This document shows, piece by piece, positions 40,136 to 49,075 of a DNA stretch of 64,000 bases (its first letter is position 1; each line of letters starts with the position of its first letter). Source of the stretch: an uncultured delta proteobacterium (GTDB taxonomy: Bacteria; Myxococcota_A; Polyangia; Fen-1088). The notes beneath the pieces were generated by a model. It searched no databases, was not told the DNA's origin, and saw nothing but the letters and a program-made list of their open reading frames with translations. Position numbers and translations under genes: made by a program. The stretch covers positions 448,001 through 512,000 of the forward strand of contig CAVTRY010000007.1 of NCBI GenBank assembly GCA_963737265.1, read 5' to 3'.

Positions 40136-40235
40136 GTCACCGGGGCCAGACCAGGCCCGGCTATGGCACTGGCTGCTGTTACCGTCCGGAGGAGGTCGAC
40201 ATCGACGGGCCCGCAGACCTGTGACGGCCAGGCCA

Positions 40236-40508
40236 TTACGCGCCTACCTTGCCGCCGAACCGCTGGCGGGCGGCCTGCCGGGACACGCCCAGGGCGGCGG
40301 CGATCCGGTTCCAGCTCCGCCCGTGCGCCCGGGCCAGCGCGACGCGTTCGGTGAGCAGCGCCTCATCCCGGCGGGCACGTTCGGCGGCTTCGGCGATCGC
40401 GCGCAGGTCGGCGAGGTCTTCCACCTCGGCGGTCTCCGGGTCGAGTTCGTCGGCGAGTGCTTCGAACCGGCGTGCGGCTTCCTCGATCTGCTCATCGGTG
40501 TGCTTCAT
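40236..40508 (-). CDS. HTH protein, putative antitoxin
   Basis: GAGG RBS; ARAHGRSWNRIAAALGVSRQAARQRFG. Confidence 0.75.
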   Translation of the reverse strand: MKHTDEQIEEAARRFEALADELDPETAEVEDLADLRAIAEAAERARRDEALLTERVALARAHGRSWNRIAAALGVSRQAARQRFGGKVGA

Positions 40509-40520
40509 GTGATCACCTCC

Positions 40521-40753
40521 TCATCCCAGGAACCGGTAGAACTTGGCCCGAAGCGGTAACGCATGGATGATCACCGGATAGTCGCTGTCTAGCCCGAGCA
40601 CATCTAACTCCAGCGGTGCACCGTCGCGGGACGGCCCGATCAGCATCGTCAGGTCGTCGTCCATGTCGCTCTTGTGGGTCGCATTTGCGGACGCCGTGCC
40701 AGATATCAAGCGTCGGGAATGCCGTGTTTCCGCACTGGCCTGCCGATCCGCAT
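40521..40753 (-). pseudogene. Putative RelE/BrnT-like toxin (frameshifted)
   Basis: Stitched frames: MRIGRPVRKHGIPDA-DIWHGVR-NATHKSDMDDDLTMLIGPSRDGAPLEL..VIIHALPLR. Confidence 0.55.
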
Positions 40754-40776
40754 TCAGACAACATACCTTGTCTGAA
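40753..40776. promoter_or_regulatory. Perfect 9-bp-arm operator at the toxin start
   Basis: TTCAGACAA-CATACC-TTGTCTGAA. Confidence 0.65.
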
Positions 40777-40789
40777 CGGGGCCCGCCGG

Positions 40790-40956
40790 CCCCAGTCATC
40801 GGCGCAGGCGCACGACTCCCCGCCGCGGCCACGTGGCGGCGGGACATCGGCGGCCATGATCATGGCCGCATGCCACGCCGGTCTGACGCATCAAATCCGA
40901 AACGCCACGTTCACGCTGGTAGATCACGGGAGTCAGCCATGATCATGGGAGTACTG
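40790..40956 (+). repeat. Dispersed non-coding repeat, copy 1 (CCATGATCATGG-bearing)
   Basis: Homologous to 43064-43234; 36-bp core 40897-40932 differs at one base. Confidence 0.9.
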
Positions 40957-41205
40957 CCGGTGGGGCATGTAATGCCAAGTCTGAAATCCCCGACCGCGCC
41001 GACCAGGGACGCCGCCTGGTCATCGAATGGACCGCCGACCTGTCACATGCCGATCCCCTGGCGCTGTCTTAGCGCTGTGGTTGGCTGCTCATATCCGGGC
41101 GCGGCGGCTACACGCTGGCCTTGCCGCCGTATCGCTGGCTGGTGGCCTGTCCCAGCCGGGTCAAGCCCGGCTTGATGTCGGCATCAAGAGGGGATAGATT
41201 CAGTC

Positions 41206-41418
41206 ATGGTGAAGCCGATTAAGCGCCGGGACGTCAACCGTGCGTTACGCCGCAACGGCTGTGTCATCAAAAACGACAAAGGCCGCCACACCACGTGGGT
41301 TTGTGGCTGCGGCGGTCAGCACACCGCAGATATTCCCCGCCACCTGGAGATCTCGGCGGGGGTGATCGGCGACACCATCGAGCGAATGAAGTGCCTGCCA
41401 GAGGGGTGGCTGCAGTGA
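41206..41418 (+). CDS. hicA: HicA family toxin
   Basis: MVKPIKRRDVNRALRRNGC..KGRH..IPRHLEISAGV. Confidence 0.8.
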   Translation: MVKPIKRRDVNRALRRNGCVIKNDKGRHTTWVCGCGGQHTADIPRHLEISAGVIGDTIERMKCLPEGWLQ

Positions 41419-41792
41419 AGACCTACCAGGTTCGCGCCAAGCGCTGGGAACACGGCTGGGAACTGCACATCGAGGGCGTCGGTGTCACCCAGTCACACAC
41501 GCTCTGGGACGCCGAGGACATGGCACGCGACCTGATTGCACGCCGCGAGGACCTGCCGGGCGACGGGTTCGCGGTGAGAATCACCCCCGAGATAGGTGGC
41601 GGTCTGGACGAGGAGACACGCGCCGCGCGGGAAGCTGTGAGCGCAGCCGATCAGGCACAGCGACTGGCAGGCGCGCAGTCACGGGCCACCGCACGGCGGC
41701 TGCGCCAGGCCGGCCTGTCGGGGCGTGATATCGCCAAGGTGCTCAATGTGTCGCCGCAGCGCGTCTCACAGCTCCTGCGGACGGGTACCTGA
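41415..41792 (+). CDS. HicB-like antitoxin with C-terminal HTH
   Basis: GTGA overlap; TYQVRAKRWEHGWELHIEGVGVTQ..GLSGRDIAKVLNVSPQRVSQL. Confidence 0.8.
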   Translation: MKTYQVRAKRWEHGWELHIEGVGVTQSHTLWDAEDMARDLIARREDLPGDGFAVRITPEIGGGLDEETRAAREAVSAADQAQRLAGAQSRATARRLRQAGLSGRDIAKVLNVSPQRVSQLLRTGT

Positions 41793-41908
41793 GGACCTGA
41801 CCATCCGCCGGCCAGGCCAGCAGAAAACCTGGCTCGTGGAAGAGATCGGCACCGCCGCATTGCACTGCACGATGTGCGACGAGCCTGCGCGGATGATGCA
41901 GGGATTGT

Positions 41909-43003
41909 CGTAACTGGTCAGGTCCCGATTGTCGGCCGGGAGTGATCAGGCCTTGTCTGGGATCCATGGCCTGTCCCCGGGCTCAGATAACAAGCCGAGG
42001 ACCAGCACACGGCGCCAGGGCGAACGCTCCCTTCGCCATGATGATCGCATGACACTGCACGATGGGCGCCGGAAAACCGGATGGGCGGAAACGGCATGAT
42101 GACGACCGGGGATATGGATGTGCTGGTGACCGGTGCTGCGGGCATGGCCGGGCGCGCCATGGTGCCAGTGCTGCGCTCGGCCGGGCATCGTGTCGTCGCC
42201 ACCGACCTGCCCGGCGCTGGCGCCGCGGCGGACGTGCACGCCGACCTGACTGACGCGGACCAGGCAGACGCCCTGATCGGCGGCGCGGGCTTTGATGCGG
42301 TGGTGCACGCGGCCGCCATCCCGTCCCCAGGGCAGCACCCGCCGCACGTGGTGTTCGCGAACAACATGATGGCCACGTTCAACGTGATTGAGGCGGGCGT
42401 GCGGTCGGGCATACCACGCCTGGTCAACATATCCAGCGTCGGCGTGCTCGGCCTGCACTACGCCACACGCCGGTTCCTTCCCGACTACCTGCCCATCGAC
42501 GAGCAGCACCCGTTGCGCCCGCAAGATCCCTACGGGCTGGCCAAGCTGTTCGGCGAGCAGTTGTGCGACGCCGCCGTCCGGCGATCGGACCTGCGCTGCA
42601 TCTCGCTGCGGCCAGCCTGGGTGCAAGACGCCGCAAGCTACGCCGCTGACCTCGGGCCGCTCATCCGGGCTGGCCAGCCACGAGGGGTCGCTGGCTGGCC
42701 CTACATCGACGTCCTCGACTTGGCCGAGGCAGTGCGCCTGGCAGCCGAAAGCGACCTGCCCGGTCACGAGGCCTTCTACATCGCGGCCGCCGACACCATG
42801 GGGGGCGTTGACCTGCACGCGTCCTGGCGCATCGCCAACCCCGGCTCCGCCACCCAACTCCGGCCCATCTCCAGGCCGGACGCTAGCGGGATCGACTCTG
42901 GTAAGGCTCAGCGCCTACTGGGCTGGCAGGCAACCCGCAGCTGGCGCGACTACCTGACCGACACCGGAGAACCACGCTGAACCAATGGACCTGACCAGTT
43001 ACG
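41909..43003. mobile_element. Segment bounded by perfect 17-bp inverted repeats, carrying one gene and no transposase
   Basis: CGTAACTGGTCAGGTCC (41909-41925) and GGACCTGACCAGTTACG (42987-43003); the repeats are certain, mobility is inferred. Confidence 0.5.
42114..42980 (+). CDS. NAD-dependent epimerase/dehydratase (extended SDR)
   Basis: VTGAAGMAG, HAAAIP, NISS, YGLAK. Confidence 0.92.
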   Translation: MDVLVTGAAGMAGRAMVPVLRSAGHRVVATDLPGAGAAADVHADLTDADQADALIGGAGFDAVVHAAAIPSPGQHPPHVVFANNMMATFNVIEAGVRSGIPRLVNISSVGVLGLHYATRRFLPDYLPIDEQHPLRPQDPYGLAKLFGEQLCDAAVRRSDLRCISLRPAWVQDAASYAADLGPLIRAGQPRGVAGWPYIDVLDLAEAVRLAAESDLPGHEAFYIAAADTMGGVDLHASWRIANPGSATQLRPISRPDASGIDSGKAQRLLGWQATRSWRDYLTDTGEPR

Positions 43004-43063
43004 GATTATCTAGACAACATGGGGAAACCCCCGACTTCGATTAAGAAAGTGGCCCAAGGCGCA

Positions 43064-43234
43064 CCCCAGTCATCGGGCATAGCCCGGCCGCCGCCTGCCA
43101 CGCCCGCATGGCAACGCAGGAACCAGGCGACCATGATCATGGCGGACTGTCACAAGGGCATTGCACGCCAAGACCGAAACGCCACGTTCACGCTGGCAGA
43201 TCACGGGAGCCGACCATGATCACGGGGGTACAGC
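43064..43234 (+). repeat. Dispersed non-coding repeat, copy 2
   Basis: Core CCGAAACGCCACGTTCACGCTGGCAGATCACGGGAG at 43174-43209. Confidence 0.9.
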
Positions 43235-43393
43235 ACCTGGAGCAGCCAAAACCCCATGATCATTGCTGGCAGCGGGATGCCGGCCTCTTCTCGATGGGCA
43301 CCGTGCGGGACGGGGGCTCTGGGGAGTCACCGGGCCCGAGTTCGGCCACCGTGGCCCACAGCCAGAGCAAACCTGCGGCACCCGGGCCGACGG

Positions 43394-43846
43394 TCATGAC
43401 CGGATCCGGAAGACCGGGTGGTCCGGGGCGATGGCCAGCAGCTTGTCGTCGGGAGCATCGGGACCGACGCCCTGGAAGAACATGCCGACCTCGAACTTCC
43501 ACTTCTTCAGGTAGGCCCGCAGCACGGCCGGCCGCTCCGCTACGGGCAGTTCGGCGGCGGTGAACTTCTCGACCCGCCGCCCGAGCCGCAGCTCACCGCC
43601 ACCGGCCACGCGCATGTTACGGACCCACTGGGTGTTGCCGCGCGGGGCGACCAGGTACCGCTGGCCGTCGATGGTCAGCGGGTTCACCGGAGTGGTCCGC
43701 CACTCCCCCGACTTGCGGCCGCGCACGGCCAGCACCCGCGAGCCGTAGACGCTGATACCCATCCTGGTCAGCCGGGCCACGGTGGCGTTAAAGATGCGAG
43801 TCGAGCGATCGGGCTCAACGTAACGCGGCTGGCTCTCGGCGTTCAT
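43394..43846 (-). CDS. Deazaflavin (F420)-dependent nitroreductase family protein
   Basis: VRGRKSGEWRTTPV, WVRNMR, HPVFRI; GAGGAG RBS. Confidence 0.88.
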   Translation of the reverse strand: MNAESQPRYVEPDRSTRIFNATVARLTRMGISVYGSRVLAVRGRKSGEWRTTPVNPLTIDGQRYLVAPRGNTQWVRNMRVAGGGELRLGRRVEKFTAAELPVAERPAVLRAYLKKWKFEVGMFFQGVGPDAPDDKLLAIAPDHPVFRIRS

Positions 43847-43870
43847 GGCAAGCTCCTCGGGCTAAGGTTA

Positions 43871-43937
43871 GAGAGCGGTGCTCTTTTCAATGACTAGTGT
43901 TCTCCATGCAGGCTTATTTGTCAAGAGCACTGCTCTC
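43871..43937. promoter_or_regulatory. Two palindromic operator candidates
   Basis: GAGAGCGGTGCTCTT (43871-43885) and AAGAGCACTGCTCTC (43923-43937). Confidence 0.65.
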
Positions 43938-43982
43938 GTTTTGAACAACCGCTTCGCTATCTGGGTAAAGCCGCAGGTGACG

Positions 43983-44170
43983 CGCGGGTAGTGGGGGACA
44001 GGATGCGGGGGTGGCGGGGACGAGGCTCGGGGGTAGCGGGACAAGGCGCGGGGTAGCGGGGACGGGGCGCGGGGTAGCGGGAACGGGGCGCGGGGATAGC
44101 AGGGACGAGGCGCGGGGCAGCGGGCGCGGGGTAGCAGGAACGGGGCGCGGGATAGCGGGAGGGGCGCCGC
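43983..44170 (+). repeat. G-rich ~21-bp imperfect tandem repeat (GGCGCGGGGTAGCGGGAACGG-like), about 8 units
   Basis: Visible directly; extreme purine skew. Confidence 0.85.
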
Positions 44171-44225
44171 GGGACCGGGACCAGGCCGCCACGGCATGAT
44201 GGGCTGAACCTGGAGGAGGTTGCGG

Positions 44226-45191
44226 ATGGAATCAACGCCGAGATGGGGCATCACGCTCCCGCTGCGCAGTATGCCCCTGCCCGACCAGCGCGACCTGGTG
44301 GCCGCACTGCCCGACCTCGGCTACACCGATGCCTGGTCGAGCGAGGTCAACGGCGCGGACGCCTTCGCCCCGCTGGCCGCCGCAGCCCAGTGGACCACCG
44401 GGCTGCGGTTCGGCACCGCGATCGCCGGGATGTACACCCGTGGGCCGGCGTTGCTCGCCATGGACGCGGCGACCTGCGCGAGCCTGGCTCCCGGCCGGTT
44501 CGTGCTTGGCATCGGCACCTCCTCGCCGGTGATCGTGGAGGACTGGAACGGGCTGAAGCTTGACCGGCCCTACCAGCGGGCCAGGGACACGCTGAAGTTC
44601 CTGCGTCCTGTGCTGGCCGGGGAGAAGGTGAGCGGGGAGTTCGAGACGTTCACCGTCCGCGGGTTCCGCCTCGACCCGCCCCCGGCGCAGCCGCCGGGGC
44701 TCGCGCTCGCCGCCCTGCGGCCGGGCATGGTGCGGCTCGCCGCCAGCCTCGCGGACGGGGCGATCACCAACTGGCTCGCCCCCGCGGACGTACCGACGGT
44801 GCGCGCGGTGGCCGGGCCGGACTGCGAGCTGATCGCCCGGATCTTCGTAGTTCCCACCGACGATGCCGCCACCGCCAGGGCCATCGGCCGCCGCATGATC
44901 GCTGCCTACCTGACCGTGCCGGTCTACGCCGCGTTCCACGTCTGGCTCGGCCGGGGCGAGGTGCTCCGGCCGATGCAGGATGCGTGGGCCGCCGGGGACC
45001 GCAAGAAGGCACTCGAACTGATTCCCGATGAAGTGGTGGACGAGCTTGTGGTGCACGGGCCCGCGGCGGCCTGCCGGGAGCGGGTGGCCGAGTACCACGC
45101 GACCGGGCTGGACACCCCGGTCATCATGATCGTTCCCGCGCCGGGCGTGGACGAGGCGGCGGCGGTCCGCCAGCTCGGCCCGCCCTGGTAA
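44226..45191 (+). CDS. LLM class F420-dependent oxidoreductase
   Basis: GYTDAWSSE, GRFVLGIGTSS, AALRPGM, AAYLTVPVY; GGAGG RBS. Confidence 0.88.
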   Translation: MESTPRWGITLPLRSMPLPDQRDLVAALPDLGYTDAWSSEVNGADAFAPLAAAAQWTTGLRFGTAIAGMYTRGPALLAMDAATCASLAPGRFVLGIGTSSPVIVEDWNGLKLDRPYQRARDTLKFLRPVLAGEKVSGEFETFTVRGFRLDPPPAQPPGLALAALRPGMVRLAASLADGAITNWLAPADVPTVRAVAGPDCELIARIFVVPTDDAATARAIGRRMIAAYLTVPVYAAFHVWLGRGEVLRPMQDAWAAGDRKKALELIPDEVVDELVVHGPAAACRERVAEYHATGLDTPVIMIVPAPGVDEAAAVRQLGPPW

Positions 45192-45211
45192 CCACGACCG
45201 CCGCGCCGGGA

Positions 45212-46219
45212 TCACCAGGATCCAGGCAGCGCGGCGCCGTACCAGGATTCGATGATCCGGTGCGCGATGGACACCGGGGGCGGCAGCAGCACCTCCCCCG
45301 TGGAAACCGCCGCCGTCAGTTGCTCGCGGGTGAACCACCGCGCCTCGGCGATCTCCTCCTCGTCCACGACGATCTCCTGCTCGCCGGGGGCGCTGGCCAC
45401 GAAGCCGAGCATCAGGCTGCGCGGCATCGGCCAAGGCTGGCTCCCGACATAACGCAGTCCGCTGACCCGCAACCCGGCCTCCTCCCCGACCTCGCGGATC
45501 ACGGCCTGTTCCAGGGACTCCCCCGGCTCCACGAAGCCAGCCAGGATGGACACCCGCCGGGGTGGCCAGTTCCGGTTGCGCGCCAGCAGGCACCGGTCGC
45601 CGTCGTCACGGACCAGCATGATCACCGCTGGATCCACGCGGGGGAAGTGCTCGCTGCCGTCCACCGGGCAGCGCCGGGCGTGGCCGGCCTGCACCGGCTC
45701 GGTGACCGCCCCGCAGCGCGGGCAGTGGGCGTGCGTCGCGTGCCAGTTGGCGAGCGCGACAGCGTGGGTGAACAGCCCGGCGTCCCGGTCGCCGAGCAGT
45801 GGCCCGGCCTGGCGCAGCCCGGCCACCTGGACACCCGGCGCCGGCGGCACCGCGGGAGCTGAGCCCGGGGCCGGCAGCGGGCCCGCACCCAGGCCGCCCC
45901 GGGGGCCGTCCACCCCGAAATAAGCGACCCCCGCGTCGTCCACGCCCAGCAGGAACCGGACGCCCCCGGGCGCCTTCCCCGGCGAGGTCAGCTCGAGCGC
46001 CGCCCCATCGCCGGCGAAGCGGATGCGGGCCTGCCCGTGGTCGAGCACCAGTACCCGAGTGCCCTCATCCGCCCAGGCGGCCGACAGCCAGGCCTCGTTG
46101 GCGCGGTGGTGACTGACGCGGTCCACCGCGCTCCGGGCGAGGCTGAGCCCGCTGAGCACCCCGGCGCCGTACTCCGTGGGCCCGCCGGGATCGGGGGCAG
46201 GTGCGCCGTCCGGCATCAC
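45212..46219 (-). CDS. nudC: NAD(+) diphosphatase
   Basis: CPRCG..C, FPRVDPAVIM, Nudix box GFVEPGESLEQAVIREVGEE, SQPWP. Confidence 0.93.
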   Translation of the reverse strand: MMPDGAPAPDPGGPTEYGAGVLSGLSLARSAVDRVSHHRANEAWLSAAWADEGTRVLVLDHGQARIRFAGDGAALELTSPGKAPGGVRFLLGVDDAGVAYFGVDGPRGGLGAGPLPAPGSAPAVPPAPGVQVAGLRQAGPLLGDRDAGLFTHAVALANWHATHAHCPRCGAVTEPVQAGHARRCPVDGSEHFPRVDPAVIMLVRDDGDRCLLARNRNWPPRRVSILAGFVEPGESLEQAVIREVGEEAGLRVSGLRYVGSQPWPMPRSLMLGFVASAPGEQEIVVDEEEIAEARWFTREQLTAAVSTGEVLLPPPVSIAHRIIESWYGAALPGSW

Positions 46220-47628
46220 CGTGCGCCCGTGCTGTGGCTGACCTCCGCTAGCTCGTCCCACATGTAGGCCACGGCCTCCGCTCCCCGCACCAGCATGGCC
46301 ATGTCGGCCTTCTCGTTCGGCGCGTGGATCCGGTCGGAGTTCAGTCCGGCGGCGATGAAGACCAGCGGCGCGCCCAGGATCTCGGTGAGGTCGGCCTCGG
46401 GCCCGCTGCCGCCCTCGCGGGTGAACATGGCCTCCATACCGAACGCACGCTCCACGGCCCGTTTGCCCGCGAGCACCGCCGGCGAGTCGATCGGCGCGAC
46501 CGTGGGCCGCACTCCGGGGCCCTCGGGCGTGACGACCGCCTCGATCCCCGGGGGGGTGTGCGCCGCCACATACTCCTCCAGCGCGGCGAGCACTTCGGCC
46601 GGGTTCTGGTTGGCAACCAGGCGGAAGGAGAGCTTGGCGTGCGCCTGGCGCGGCACTATGGTCTTCGGGCCGGGGCCGGTGTGCCCGCCCCACATGCCGT
46701 TTACCTCAGCGGTGGGCCTTGCCCAGACCCGCTCCAGGGTGGAATATCCTTCCTCGCCGCAGGCGATCTGGCTGTTCCCCGCGTCGGCCAGCCACGCCTT
46801 CTCCTCGAACGGCAGCCGCCCGAACAACTCCCGCTCCTTCGGGGTCAGGCTCACCACCTTGTCGTAGAACCCGGGGAGCGTGACCCGGCCGCGGGCGTCG
46901 TGCAGGCCCGCGAGCAGCCCGGCCATCGCGTGCAACGGGTTGGGCACGCCACCGCCGAAGGAGCCCGAGTGCAGGTCGGTCTCCGGCCCGCGCAGGGTGA
47001 TCTCCGCGACCGCGAGCCCGCGCATCCCGGTACACAGGGACGGCACGTCGGCCGCCCACATCGTGGTGTCGGAGACCACGATGACATCGCAGGCGAGCCG
47101 GTCGGCCCGCTCCCGCAGCAGCGCGGCGAAATGCGGTGAGCCCGACTCCTCCTCACCTTCGACCAGCAGCTTCAGGTTGACCGGGGGCGCGGTCGCCCCG
47201 GCCGCAGCCAGGCAGGCGCGCAACCCGAGAGTGTGCAGCAGCACCTGGCCCTTGTCGTCGGACGCGCCACGGCCGAACAGCACGCCGCCCCGCTCGACCG
47301 GCTCGAACGGCGGGGAGTCCCACTCGCTGAGCGGCTCCACCGGCTGCACGTCGTGATGCCCGTAGACACAGACAGTGGGCGCGGCAGGGTCCGCCGCGGG
47401 CCAGTACGCGTACACCGACGGCAGCCCCGGTGACTCCGCGGTGCCGGTCTCCCAGATCTCCACCTGGGGGAACCCGGTCGCGCGCAGGTGTGCCGCAAGC
47501 CAGTCCGCGGAAGCGCGCACGTCGGCGTGGCGGGCCGGATCCGCGGAGATCGACGGGATCCTCAGCCATTGCTTCAGGTCATCGAAAAAACTTCCGGCGT
47601 TCTGCGCGATGTAGCTACGGGCATCCAT
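46216..47628 (-). CDS. M20 family dipeptidase
   Basis: YGHHDVQP, GRGASDDKG, EGEEESGS, DLHSG, HAPNE. Confidence 0.92.
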   Translation of the reverse strand: MDARSYIAQNAGSFFDDLKQWLRIPSISADPARHADVRASADWLAAHLRATGFPQVEIWETGTAESPGLPSVYAYWPAADPAAPTVCVYGHHDVQPVEPLSEWDSPPFEPVERGGVLFGRGASDDKGQVLLHTLGLRACLAAAGATAPPVNLKLLVEGEEESGSPHFAALLRERADRLACDVIVVSDTTMWAADVPSLCTGMRGLAVAEITLRGPETDLHSGSFGGGVPNPLHAMAGLLAGLHDARGRVTLPGFYDKVVSLTPKERELFGRLPFEEKAWLADAGNSQIACGEEGYSTLERVWARPTAEVNGMWGGHTGPGPKTIVPRQAHAKLSFRLVANQNPAEVLAALEEYVAAHTPPGIEAVVTPEGPGVRPTVAPIDSPAVLAGKRAVERAFGMEAMFTREGGSGPEADLTEILGAPLVFIAAGLNSDRIHAPNEKADMAMLVRGAEAVAYMWDELAEVSHSTGAR

Positions 47629-47758
47629 GTCTGTGATCGCCTCCCACCTGACCGCCCCCGGCACTCTAGACCACCGGCCGCGCGCCGTGCCGCGGAGGCT
47701 GGCCATCGCGTGATGAGCCGGGCTACCGCACTGGCCGCCGACGCGCCCACCGTGTCAC

Positions 47759-49075
47759 TGTGAACCCGGCCAGGACCGAGCCGAAGTGCCTGCCTCGGCG
47801 GATGTCGGTCCCCTCGGTCATGCTGGATGGGTGCAGCTCTGCTACAGCTACCGTCTGGACCCGGCCCCTCGCCATCGCGCGGCATTGGCCAGGGCGTTCG
47901 GGTGCGCGCGGGTGGTGTTCAACGACGCGCTGCGTGCCCGGCAGCAAGCACACCAGGCCGGGCTGTCCTACCTCACCGACGCCGTATTGTCGGCCCGGTT
48001 AACCACGGCAAAGAAGACAGCAGGGGGCCGTGGCTGAACGATGTCTCCTCCGTGATCCTCCAGCAGGCGCTAGCGGACCTGAACGCCGCCTACCGAAACT
48101 TCCTCGCCTCCCTCAATGGCAAGCGCAAAGGACCGAAGATGGCTGCGCCGCGGTTGCGGTCCCGCAAGGATCACCGGCAGGCGATCCGGTTCACCGCCAA
48201 CGCCCGGTTCCAGGTGTTGGCGAACGGCAAACTGCAGCTGCCCAAGATAGGCGAGGTGCCGGTCCGGTGGTCCCGGCCGCTGCCGTCACAGCCGTCATCG
48301 GTCACCGTGATCAAGGACGCCGCAGGCCGGTACTTCGCCAGCTTCGTTGTTGAGACGGATCCGGGACCGCTCGCTCCCACGCAGCATGTGGTAGGCATTG
48401 ACCTTGGGCTGACCCATTTCGCTGTTCTGTCGGATGGCCGGAAGATCGCCTCCCCCCGGCTCCTGCGCCGGGCCGAGAAGCAACTCAAGCGCCGCCAGCG
48501 GGACCTGTCCCGCAAGCAGAAAGGGTCACGCAACCGCGCCAAGGCCAGGAGGAAAGTGGCCCGCGCAAATGCCCGGGTGGCTGATGCCCGGCGCGATTTC
48601 CACCACCAGTTGTCCACGGCACTGGTCCGCGACAACCAAGCGGTAGCGGTTGAGAACCTGGCGGTGAAAGCGATCGGGCGCACCCGGCTGGCAAAGTCCG
48701 TCTACGACGCCGGGTGGGCGGCGTTCGTGGCGATGCTGGAATACAAAGCCCGGCTGTACGGCCGACAATTCCACCGGATCGGCCGGTACCAGCCCACGTC
48801 CCAAGTGTGCTCGGCGTGCGGGGCCAAGGACGGCCCCAAGCCGCTGAGCGTCCGCACCTGGCAATGCCGGGGGTGCGGGGCGTGGCTGGACCGGGATGTG
48901 AACGCGGCGGTAAACGTCGCGGGGGCCGCCGGGCTGGCGGTCTCTGCCTGTGGAGCGCGGGTAAGACCGGGAGCGATCCCGGCACAGCGCGATGAAGCAG
49001 GAACCCACCCGACCTCACGCCCGGACGTGGCGTGACAGGCGGGAACCTCGGCCTCCAGGCCGGGGTGGAAGTCAA
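47759..49075 (+). mobile_element. IS200/IS605-family element with tnpB only (IS1341-like)
   Basis: Right end has hairpin 49046-49065 followed by terminal TCAA; left end inferred after TCAC at 47755-47758. Confidence 0.75.
47831..49035 (+). CDS. tnpB: RNA-guided endonuclease TnpB (one frameshift near 48020)
   Basis: YSYRLDP..AFGCARVVFN; RuvC GIDLG, VENL, DRDVNAA; CSAC..CRGC zinc finger. Confidence 0.93.

Noticed and set aside
41903-43060. Integron attC sites
   Set aside because: The TAAC/GTTA cores flank the gene 1.1 kb apart instead of forming a short hairpin after it, and no integrase is present
47831-49035. Nuclease-dead TnpB (TldR-like) repressor
   Set aside because: All three RuvC acidic residues are present and the transposon right end is intact
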